Source of the DNA: an uncultured Chloroflexia bacterium
GTDB lineage: Bacteria > Chloroflexota > Chloroflexia > Thermomicrobiales > UBA6265
DNA length: 64,000 nucleotides
Direction of reading: 5' to 3'
NCBI GenBank assembly: GCA_963724295.1
Contig: CAVRUC010000007.1
Coordinates: 736,001 to 800,000, forward strand
In this document: one piece after another, positions 10,138 through 17,765 of the stretch
Numbering within the stretch: the first letter of the stretch is position 1
How the letters are laid out: every line of letters starts with the position of its first letter
The notes under the pieces: generated by a model
Seen by the model: the letters and a program-made list of their open reading frames with translations, nothing else
What the model was told of the DNA's origin: nothing
Database searches by the model: none
Program-made: the position numbers and the translations under genes

Positions 10138-10189
10138 GGTTACCCGTCCTCCTGTGCGCGACGCTCGCTCGATTGCCGGCTGCGCTGCG

Positions 10190-11002
10190 CTACCGATCAC
10201 TGCGGTGCCCTTTCCAGAACCGCTCCCGCTCCCGCTCCATCGTGGCCGCCGCCGCCTGCTGCTCCTTGGCCGAGAGCGCGCTCGCCGCATCGGGAACGCT
10301 GGTGACGTGCTCGCAGTCGGCCGCGACGTCGTCGTTGTCGTTAGCTCGCACCTCGTCCTCGCCATCGCCGCAGGTGATCGTGTCGATGCTGCCGGGCGTC
10401 TCGTCGGTCTCCGCGTCGATGTAGTCGTCACCGTCGCCGGCGTCGATAGTGTCGCTGCCCTGCTGGCCCTCCATTTGGTCGCCGCCGTCGCCGCCGGTCA
10501 TGGTGTCGTCGCCGGTCCAGCCGAAAATCTTGTCGTCGCCGGGACCGCCGTCTAGCGTGTCGTCGCCTGCGGCGCCCTCCACCCAGTCGTCACCGTCGCC
10601 GCCCTCCAGGACGTCGCTGACTACTTCGTCGACGTTGTCGTACACCACGTCGGAGCCGGGCCCGCCGATGGAGAGATCGGAGCCGAGCTGGCCGATGAGC
10701 CAGTCGTTGCTGGCGCCGCCATCGAGGGTGTCGTCGCCTTTCTGGCCCTGGAGGAAGTCCATGCCACCGAGACCGTTGACAGTGTCGTCGCCGCGGCCCG
10801 CGACGACGTTGTCGCGTAGGGGGGAGCCGGTGATGTCGTCGTCACGCTTAGTGCCGTGGCAGGTCGGCTTCTCCGAGTCTTTGCCGACCTGGCCGGTGCA
10901 GGTGATGTCTGCCGCCAGCGTGGTCGCCCAGTGGACGCCGCCGCTCAGCGTGAGCGCCAGTCCCAGCGCGACGAGTCCGGAAAGAAAGCGTCGTTTGTGC
11001 AT
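10190..11002 (-). CDS. Secreted calcium-binding protein with RTX/hemolysin-type GGxGxD repeats (paralog)
   Basis: SD AAGGAG before ATG 11002 (MHKRRFL, Tat-like); 'ADITC...CHGT', GGxGxD repeats, 'ITCGDGED...DCE'. Confidence 0.85.
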   Translation of the reverse strand: MHKRRFLSGLVALGLALTLSGGVHWATTLAADITCTGQVGKDSEKPTCHGTKRDDDITGSPLRDNVVAGRGDDTVNGLGGMDFLQGQKGDDTLDGGASNDWLIGQLGSDLSIGGPGSDVVYDNVDEVVSDVLEGGDGDDWVEGAAGDDTLDGGPGDDKIFGWTGDDTMTGGDGGDQMEGQQGSDTIDAGDGDDYIDAETDETPGSIDTITCGDGEDEVRANDNDDVAADCEHVTSVPDAASALSAKEQQAAAATMERERERFWKGHRSDR

Positions 11003-11485
11003 GAGGAACTCCTTGCTGCTCGCCGGTGCAGCGCTCGCTGCCCGGTGAGCGGTCAACGTGTTCAGACAGCCAGTTTCATTGTCTGCAGCTCGGTTCTCCT
11101 CTCTCTGGCCCGTGCCCCACGGGTGCCGACGCCTGCGGGTTGCGGACGTCGAGCCATCGTTGGCGTTCGGGATGCCGGGGCCTAGTGCTGTGACCAGGGA
11201 GATGGTTGCCGTTCCTTGATCGGGCTTGCGCATTGAGGCTCTCCTCTCCCAGCCGTTGGGGCCATCGCCATCAGTGGTCGGAGTAGGCTTGGCAACGGCA
11301 CGGCGGTCTCCTCCGGAGATGGTCAGGCCAGATCCGCGAGCGGGCAGGGCACTACCGGTGGCACGGAGTCCTGCCCGTCTCGTCTGCACTCAGCACCGCC
11401 GAACGGCGGCCCACGGTCTGTATGCGTCATTGCCCATTCCTTCCTGGCCTGGTGCGCCGCGACTCATCTTTTTCCATCGTTGTGC

Positions 11486-11525
11486 CGTTCACCGACCCAG
11501 ACGAACGAAGCCGAAAACTGTCACA
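11486..11525 (-). promoter_or_regulatory. Putative ECF-type promoter motif, copy 3 (upstream of the RTX-repeat genes)
   Basis: Minus strand tgtgacagttttcggcttcgttcgtctgggtcggtgaacg. Confidence 0.72.
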
Positions 11526-11617
11526 TCGCGCCGACACGCGACTTCACAGCGGCAGACAGCTAGCTCAGGGTGATCGTGGACAGGGACCGCCCGCGGAGGC
11601 CCCCGCGGCGAGCGGTC

Positions 11618-11785
11618 TTAGCAGATGTTGCGTGCTTCGACCCGGTTGTTCGTCTCGTGGGATTCGGCGGCGTAGCCCTGCTGATCGACAATGATCACGA
11701 TGGCGAAATCGCAGCCATCCACGGAGTAGCGCGCGAGGTCGTGCTGGGCGGAAGGCAGCAGGTCCGATTTGACCCAGGCCTGCAT
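11618..11785 (-). pseudogene. 55-aa ORF resembling the C-terminal end of a CARDB-like domain; probable gene remnant
   Basis: MQAWVKSD...AIVIIVDQQGYAAESHETNNRVEARNIC*; 'VD-x6-ES-x-E-x-NN' is the CARDB C-terminal signature; hairpin 11585-11617 follows the stop. Confidence 0.4.
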
Positions 11786-11918
11786 CCACTCCCGGGGAGC
11801 GCAAAGCGTGTTACGCGGCGGCTACTGTTTAGCTCACCGGAGCTGGCGGTGGAATCTCGGCGGCGGTAACGAGCGGGCGATGGCGCCCGTCACAAGCTCG
11901 CCGCTGGGCTTGGGCTGC

Positions 11919-13091
11919 TTATCCGCCGGCAATCGTTCCCGCCGGACTTGTGTCACCTGCTACTTGCTGGACGCGAAGCCGCAGCAGGACGAGCGGATCG
12001 TCGCCGAGGTTGCGCATGGTGATGTGCGTGCCAGGAACGAGGATCGGGACGGGATTGTCCGGACTCAGCTCCCGCTCCTGCCCGGACGACCAGCCCTGGG
12101 GCAGCGCATCCCCGATGAGGGTCAGTCCCAACTGGCCGGTGATGATGGCGAACCAGTCCTGGCCGGTGGCTGCCTCCGCCCGCATCGTCGTCCCCGCCGG
12201 GATCGAGAGCCGGTCGAAGACAACGTGGGAGGTTCCTGGTGGGAGCGACTCGTGGGCTTCGGTATCGAGCGCGACTTCCCGGGTGACCAGACCGCGGTCG
12301 TACTCCTCCAGCGAGAACCCCAGCGCCGCCACCCCACGGTAGACCGCGGTCTCGGCGAGACCGGGGTTACGCACGCCCAACTCCTGCCCAGGGGGGATGA
12401 CCATGCTCTGACCCGGAGCCAGGGTCTGGCCCGTGCCATTGACGGTGGCCACGATCGGCTCCGTATCGGCCACGATCCACTGCGGTCCGTCCACGGGTGG
12501 GATCGTGAGCGTGGCGTCCGGCTGGAAGCGCCAGCGCTCCACCGCCAGCGGCGTCCAGGTCTCAGCCGCTCCCGTGAGGCTGGTATCGAGCAGCGTCTGG
12601 GTCGTCGGCTCGCCGGTAGCGCCGAGTTGAGTCTGTGGCCGCTCGAAGGTCACCTGGCGCACGAGGAGCACGCTGCCGACCAGGAACAGCGCGAGCACCG
12701 CCGCGGCGGCTAACTGGCCTCGCGTCCAGCGGGGGTGGGAGAGAGGAGTTGGGGACGGCTCATCGTGGACTGGAAATGGGCGCAGGGGTGGAAGCACCGC
12801 CTGGCGGTCATCGTGCGCCACGGGAGATGCCGGTCGCCGCGGCGTCTGGGTCGCGCCGGATCTAGCGGCCGCGGCCACCAGGTCACGACGCAGACTCCGT
12901 ACGAAGTCGGGATGCGGCTGCGGCCGGTCCTGGCGCCCAGTGATGAGGCTCCAGCGCACCGTGGCAACAAGATCGGGATCGAGCCCGCGTGCCAACCGCT
13001 CCAACTCCTCAGGAGAGGCGTCCCGCACGAGCGCCTCTCGGTAGCGGCTCAGCCGCTCGGCCGGGGTCGCTCGCCGCCTAGACGCGGGCAC
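11919..13091 (-). CDS. Putative membrane-anchored anti-sigma factor with extracytoplasmic cupin-like domain
   Basis: Overlaps the sigma-factor stop by 14 nt; N-terminal 'PHPDFVRSLRRDL', Pro/Arg linker, one TM helix (LAAAAVLALFLVGSVLLV), beta-rich duplicated 'LAPGQSMVIPPG...RNPG' / 'LSPDNPVPILVPG...RNLG' region. Confidence 0.65.
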   Translation of the reverse strand: MPASRRRATPAERLSRYREALVRDASPEELERLARGLDPDLVATVRWSLITGRQDRPQPHPDFVRSLRRDLVAAAARSGATQTPRRPASPVAHDDRQAVLPPLRPFPVHDEPSPTPLSHPRWTRGQLAAAAVLALFLVGSVLLVRQVTFERPQTQLGATGEPTTQTLLDTSLTGAAETWTPLAVERWRFQPDATLTIPPVDGPQWIVADTEPIVATVNGTGQTLAPGQSMVIPPGQELGVRNPGLAETAVYRGVAALGFSLEEYDRGLVTREVALDTEAHESLPPGTSHVVFDRLSIPAGTTMRAEAATGQDWFAIITGQLGLTLIGDALPQGWSSGQERELSPDNPVPILVPGTHITMRNLGDDPLVLLRLRVQQVAGDTSPAGTIAGG

Positions 13092-13734
13092 GGTGCATCT
13101 CCCCGACGGCGCCGAGCATCTCGAGACACTCGCGCAGCTTGCTCATCAAGCGATAGTGGGCGGTGCGAATCGCGCCATGGGTGCGGCCGAGGACCTGGGC
13201 AATCTGTTTGTCGTTCATCTCGGTGAGTAACAGGTCGAACAGTTCCCGCTCTCCTATCGAGAGGCATCGTTCGCGCGCCTCCTGCAGAATGCGAGCGTCG
13301 TCGCGCTGCACGGCGACTGCCTCTGGAGTCAGGGCGGGATCCTCAGGTTCGAGCGTCTCGTCCCAGGCCTCGGGGCGGAACCGATCGGCTCGGTAGGTAT
13401 CGGTGACGATGTTGCGAGCGATGGCGAAGAGCCAGCCGGCAAAGGCCGCGTCGTCCCGACACGAGGCGAGCGACTGCAAGGCGCGCACGAAGATCGTCTG
13501 CGTGACATCTTCGGCGGTCTGGCGATCGGCGAGGCGAACGGCGACGAAGGCGTAGACCTCATCCACGTAGTGGTCGAAGAGCTCGCCGAAGGCCTCGCCG
13601 TCGCCGTCCTTGGCGCGCGCCACCAGACCGGCCACGGCGGTGCTAGCGAGCCGGTCACCGCTCGTGTACTGCTTCGTCCCTGACCGCAGGCGTGCTGCGC
13701 TGCCACCGCACCACGTGGACTCCTCACCGAGCAC
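13078..13734 (-). CDS. ECF-family RNA polymerase sigma-70 factor
   Basis: 'LVARAKDGDGEAFGELFDHY', 'AEDVTQTIF', 'FAGWLFAIARN', region-4 HTH 'DKQIAQVLGRTHGAIRTAHYR'; start uncertain (GTG 13734 used; ORF open to 13854). Confidence 0.92.
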   Translation of the reverse strand: MLGEESTWCGGSAARLRSGTKQYTSGDRLASTAVAGLVARAKDGDGEAFGELFDHYVDEVYAFVAVRLADRQTAEDVTQTIFVRALQSLASCRDDAAFAGWLFAIARNIVTDTYRADRFRPEAWDETLEPEDPALTPEAVAVQRDDARILQEARERCLSIGERELFDLLLTEMNDKQIAQVLGRTHGAIRTAHYRLMSKLRECLEMLGAVGEMHRARV

Positions 13735-14166
13735 CGCGTCGTGGGCATTGAATTGGTACTCCGTGATGCGCAGTATCTCATGTGTCCGGTGAGGAGAAAA
13801 CCAGGTGGGCATGGCGGGTGCTGGTCGTCCTAGGCCGTGGTCGAGGCGCCGCAACGCCGCCCCGCGACCTCTGCGCCATCCACGCCATGGAGAAGACGCG
13901 CGCCGGGGGCACCACCGACGAGGATGGTGAGTGCAGCCAGGATCACGGCGACGCCGCCGCTCACGAAGGCATGGGGACAGGTGACGAGGTCAGACGTGTG
14001 GTCCCTCCTTTCAGTTCGGTGGGAAATAGCCGACGTGTGGCTCGTTCACGCCCGGGAGCGGCGCGACACTGTCAGCGCGGGCGATCGCAGCGATCGCCGG
14101 CAGGAAGCAGAAGCCGTTCATCTCCCATCTAGGCGGGGGTCCTGGTGGGCCCGGACCTGTTTCCGT

Positions 14167-14206
14167 CGTTCACCCATCCAGACGAGTGCGCGCGAAAAGT
14201 GTCACA
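14167..14206 (-). promoter_or_regulatory. Putative ECF-type promoter motif, copy 4 (upstream of the ECF sigma operon; autoregulatory position)
   Basis: Minus strand tgtgacacttttcgcgcgcactcgtctggatgggtgaacg. Confidence 0.75.
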
Positions 14207-14449
14207 GGAACCGGGACGCGTGTGACCTGTTGGCAGTGAGTTGGAGGCTACCGGTGGGCTGAAGAACGGAACGCCGGTGGGGTGGTCGACTAGCGGTAGG
14301 ACCCGGGACGGTAGGACGACGGCCTCTTGGCTTGGCCAGTTCCACGCATCGAGTGGAACTATTTGGCTTGCTAATGATCGTCAGCGATAAGCAATGCGGC
14401 GTTAGTGACCCGCCGTCATGCAACCTCGCCCCAGTCTGGAAACACGACT

Positions 14450-15031
14450 CTACATCTCGGCCAGCTCGCGTAAGGCGGTCACCACGCGATCCTCGACAGT
14501 CATGTCCGGATCTCGCGGCACGCGCACGAGCGCCCCGTGGGCTTCAGCCGAGGTGTAACCCAGCGATCGCAACGCCTCGACCACCTCGGCGTCCGCTCGA
14601 GACGGCACACTGAGGGGAGCACCGCTGGCCGGCACGATCTTTCCGCGCAGCTCGAGAATGAGCCGCCCGGCCGTTTTGCGGCCAACCCCTGGCACTGTGG
14701 CGAGGAGCTCCGCGTTTTCGCCGTTGATCGCCATCTCCAGCGCCTCCGGCCGCACGCGGGAGAGGATCGCCAGCGCCAATCTGGGACCGACTCCGGAGAC
14801 GCTGATGAGTGTTTCGAACAACCGCAACTCGTCCGGCGAGGCGAACCCATACATGGTGAGCTGATCTTCGCGTACGTAGAGATGCGTGAACAGCCGCGCG
14901 CTTTCCCCGGTCTCGCCGATATCCTCCAGCGTTACCAGCGAGGTGTTGACGCGGTAGATCACGCCACCGACGTCGATCAGCACCGCGTCGTCCAACTTGC
15001 GCTCGATGCGCCCCTTCAGTCCGGCAATCAT
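14450..15031 (-). CDS. ruvA: Holliday junction branch migration protein RuvA
   Basis: 'MIAGLKG', 'DVGGVIY', 'LYVRED..MYGF', 'VSGVGPRLAL', 'VPGVGRKTA.RLILEL', 'ALRSLGY'. Confidence 0.97.
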   Translation of the reverse strand: MIAGLKGRIERKLDDAVLIDVGGVIYRVNTSLVTLEDIGETGESARLFTHLYVREDQLTMYGFASPDELRLFETLISVSGVGPRLALAILSRVRPEALEMAINGENAELLATVPGVGRKTAGRLILELRGKIVPASGAPLSVPSRADAEVVEALRSLGYTSAEAHGALVRVPRDPDMTVEDRVVTALRELAEM

Positions 15032-15927
15032 TGCGGCATCTCCACGATGTCGACGTTCTCTGCAGTATCGTCCAGCCGGTAGACGCGGCGCGCGTTGTTG
15101 CCCATGACGAGAGCGCGTTCATCGGGGTGAATCGCAGCCAGTCGGTTCGTCCGTTCCAGAAATCTCCCCATGCCGAGCACGGGATGATCGCTTGCCCACA
15201 GCACCCGCTCCCGGCCGGCGATGTCGAGCACGGTGCGGAACACCCCTGGTCGGTAGAGATAGGAAGAGGCGGCGGTGTCGTAGACCACGCTCCGGGTGTG
15301 GGCAGCCACCTCGGGCATCAGCTCGTAGAACGGCAAACCGCCTCCCCAATGCGCCAGAACGACTCGCAGGTCAGGATTGGCCGCCAGAAAGCTCAGCAGT
15401 CGATCCGGGGTGGCGGTGCCCTTGCCTGGATAACGGTGACCGACCGGCTCCGAAGCATGGAGCAGGAGCGGCCGATCGGCGGCTAGCAGCACGGCGGCCA
15501 CGTCCGCCAGAAGCCCTGGGTGCGCGATATCGACGGCCTGCGCATCGGCGTTCAGCTCTCCGATCCCGGCGGCGCCCAGCGCCAGACAGCGCTCGGTCTC
15601 CGCGGCCGCATCCGGCGAGGCCGGCGCCACGATCCCCAGCCAGGCCAGGCGACCGTTGCTGGTCCTGGCGGCATCGGCAAGATAGTCGTTGTGCTCGCGG
15701 CAAAGACCAGGATCGAGCCAGGGCCAACCGCAGGCGACTGCCTGCACCACGCCTGCGGTATCCATGGCGGCTATCAGCTCATCCGCGTCGATCATTTTCG
15801 CGGATGGCGCCTCGTAGAGGTCGCCGAACCAGCGATCTCGCCGGCAATGATTGACGCGGTCGGCGATCCATTCCGGGGGAAACGCGTGGGTGTGCGCGTC
15901 GACGATAACCGGCGGGTCGTCCGCCAT
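15028..15927 (-). CDS. Amidohydrolase_2-family metal-dependent hydrolase
   Basis: 'VDAHTH', 'GIGEL', 'LLHASEPVGH', 'AHWGGG', 'YDTAAS', 'WASDHP'; ATGA overlap with ruvA. Confidence 0.85.
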   Translation of the reverse strand: MADDPPVIVDAHTHAFPPEWIADRVNHCRRDRWFGDLYEAPSAKMIDADELIAAMDTAGVVQAVACGWPWLDPGLCREHNDYLADAARTSNGRLAWLGIVAPASPDAAAETERCLALGAAGIGELNADAQAVDIAHPGLLADVAAVLLAADRPLLLHASEPVGHRYPGKGTATPDRLLSFLAANPDLRVVLAHWGGGLPFYELMPEVAAHTRSVVYDTAASSYLYRPGVFRTVLDIAGRERVLWASDHPVLGMGRFLERTNRLAAIHPDERALVMGNNARRVYRLDDTAENVDIVEMPQ

Positions 15928-15931
15928 CGGT

Positions 15932-16861
15932 TTAGAGCGGAGCTCCCAGGACCACGACGGCGAGGAGCAGGAGCACGACGAGGAGGATGGCGATCACGGC
16001 GGCGATCACGGTTCCGGGCACACCACCGGTGCGGGAGGCCGGGCTGGGTAGCGCGGCAGCCGCCGGCACTCGCGTCGGGATCGCCGCGGCAACGACGGCC
16101 GTGGCATTGTCGCTGGTGCCGTGCTCCTTTGCCGCCTCCACGAGCTGTCGAGCGGCGTCGCCAGGGTCCTGCTCGACGAGGGCGCGACGCATCTCGCCGT
16201 CGTCGAGGACGTCGTAGAGACCATCGCTGCAGAGCAGCAACCGGTCGCCGGGGAGGAGCGTCAGCTCGAAGATGGCCGGCAGCTTGCTTTCCAGCCGCGG
16301 ATGCGTGCCGATGACGTGGGTGAGCCGGTTCCGACGCGGATCGCGCCGCGCCGCCTCGGCGGTGATGCGGCCCTGGGCAACTTCCTCGGCCACGACCGTG
16401 TGATCCCGCGTCACCTGCGTCAGCACCTGACCGCGCAGAAGGTAGGCGCGGCTGTCACCGACATGAGCGATGGTGGCGTACTTGCCATGGAGCAGCGCCG
16501 ATGTCAGCGTCGTCCCCATGCCGGCGTGCGCCGGCTCGTCCTCACCGGCCTGGAACACCGCCTCGTTCGCGCGGCGGTAGGCTTGCTTCAATGCCAGTCC
16601 CAGATCGCCGTCCGGAAGCGCGGGAAAGGCCTCCACCAGCGCGTTCATCGCGATCTGGCTGGCGACGTCTCCGGCCGGATGCCCACCCATGCCATCGGCC
16701 ACGACCAGGAGGAAATCTTCACCGGCGCCGGATAGCCCGTCGATGGCCAGCGCCGCGGCCACGTCCTGGTTCTCGTCTCGCCCAGCGGCGTCGGTCACCG
16801 CGGAGACGGCCAACCGCAGCGTCTCCTCGGGCGTTTCAACTGCTCTCGGTAACGCGCTCAC
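15932..16861 (-). CDS. PP2C-family Ser/Thr protein phosphatase with C-terminal membrane anchor
   Basis: 'ENQD', 'VADGMGGH', 'GTTLT', 'HVGDSRAY', 'TRDH', 'CSDGL', 'SDNAT'; hydrophobic C-terminus; GTG 16861. Confidence 0.9.
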   Translation of the reverse strand: MSALPRAVETPEETLRLAVSAVTDAAGRDENQDVAAALAIDGLSGAGEDFLLVVADGMGGHPAGDVASQIAMNALVEAFPALPDGDLGLALKQAYRRANEAVFQAGEDEPAHAGMGTTLTSALLHGKYATIAHVGDSRAYLLRGQVLTQVTRDHTVVAEEVAQGRITAEAARRDPRRNRLTHVIGTHPRLESKLPAIFELTLLPGDRLLLCSDGLYDVLDDGEMRRALVEQDPGDAARQLVEAAKEHGTSDNATAVVAAAIPTRVPAAAALPSPASRTGGVPGTVIAAVIAILLVVLLLLAVVVLGAPL

Positions 16862-17024
16862 GATCGTTCTCGTCCCCTGCTGGTGGCATCGGTCGGCCCG
16901 ATGGTAGCACGCGTGCCAGGGAGCGCTGCCGCCGCGCTTCGGTCGTGAAAGTCCTGGTGCTAGACTCGGATGCGACGCGCCGGTTCGAGCTGAGAGTGCG
17001 CACTGGTGGCGCGAAGGAGACCCG

Positions 17025-17750
17025 TTGCCGCTGCCCCGACGCCGGTTCCTGAACCTTTTGGGCGCGGGCAGCGTTCTGGCGCTCAGTGCCTGTGGCCCCG
17101 CCGAGAACGCGGCAATCACTCCCGAACTAACGCCGACGCCGGCCGCGGTTCTCGAGATGGCGAGCAAACGCCTCGCGGAGACACCGACGGTCCATTTCGC
17201 ACTCGATGTGCAAGGAGAGACGTTCATCGACAGCGGTGGCAACATCCGCCTTCTTGGCGCCGAGGGCGACCTGGAGCGGCCGGACCGGGTGCAGACCGCC
17301 TTTCAGGCCGAGGTGATGGGTCGGGCCATCTCCCTCCAGCTGGTGACCATCGGCGACGAGTCCTGGACGACCAATATCCTCACCGGCGAGTGGGAGGACG
17401 CTCCTCTGGAGTTTGCCTACCAGCCTGACATCCTCTTCTCGACCCAGGATGGCATCGGGCCGGTGATGGGACGCGTCGAGGATGTCGAACGCCGCGAGGA
17501 CGAGGAGATCGATGGCCGGCCGACCTATCATCTGCATGCAACGGTCGATGAGTCCGTGGTCGGCCCCTTGACTTACTACACCATCAACGGGTCGCCGGTA
17601 GCAGTCGATTTGTGGATCGACCAGGAGACGTACGACCTGCTGCGCGCACGACTCTCAGAGCCTCCGGGACCGGAGCGGCCGAACCCCGCCGTCTGGACAC
17701 TGAACCTCTCGCACCATGGCGAAGAGGTCTCGATCGAGCCCCCGGTCTAG
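17025..17750 (+). CDS. LppX/LprAFG-like (LolA-fold) lipoprotein with twin-arginine leader
   Basis: SD AAGGAG, 'PRRRFL', lipobox 'LSAC', 'TVHFALDV', 'AEGDLERPD', 'EEIDG..TYHL', 'DLWID'. Confidence 0.8.
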   Translation: MPLPRRRFLNLLGAGSVLALSACGPAENAAITPELTPTPAAVLEMASKRLAETPTVHFALDVQGETFIDSGGNIRLLGAEGDLERPDRVQTAFQAEVMGRAISLQLVTIGDESWTTNILTGEWEDAPLEFAYQPDILFSTQDGIGPVMGRVEDVERREDEEIDGRPTYHLHATVDESVVGPLTYYTINGSPVAVDLWIDQETYDLLRARLSEPPGPERPNPAVWTLNLSHHGEEVSIEPPV

Positions 17751-17765
17751 CCGGCCGCACCGGCG

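Noticed and set aside
9262..11002. RTX toxin locus
   Set aside because: No toxin domain, acyltransferase or type I secretion genes; the proteins have N-terminal signal peptides.
14221..14250. Plus-strand TGTGAC as a divergent ECF promoter (also 11189, 24855, 53785)
   Set aside because: No YGTC element at the conserved spacing.
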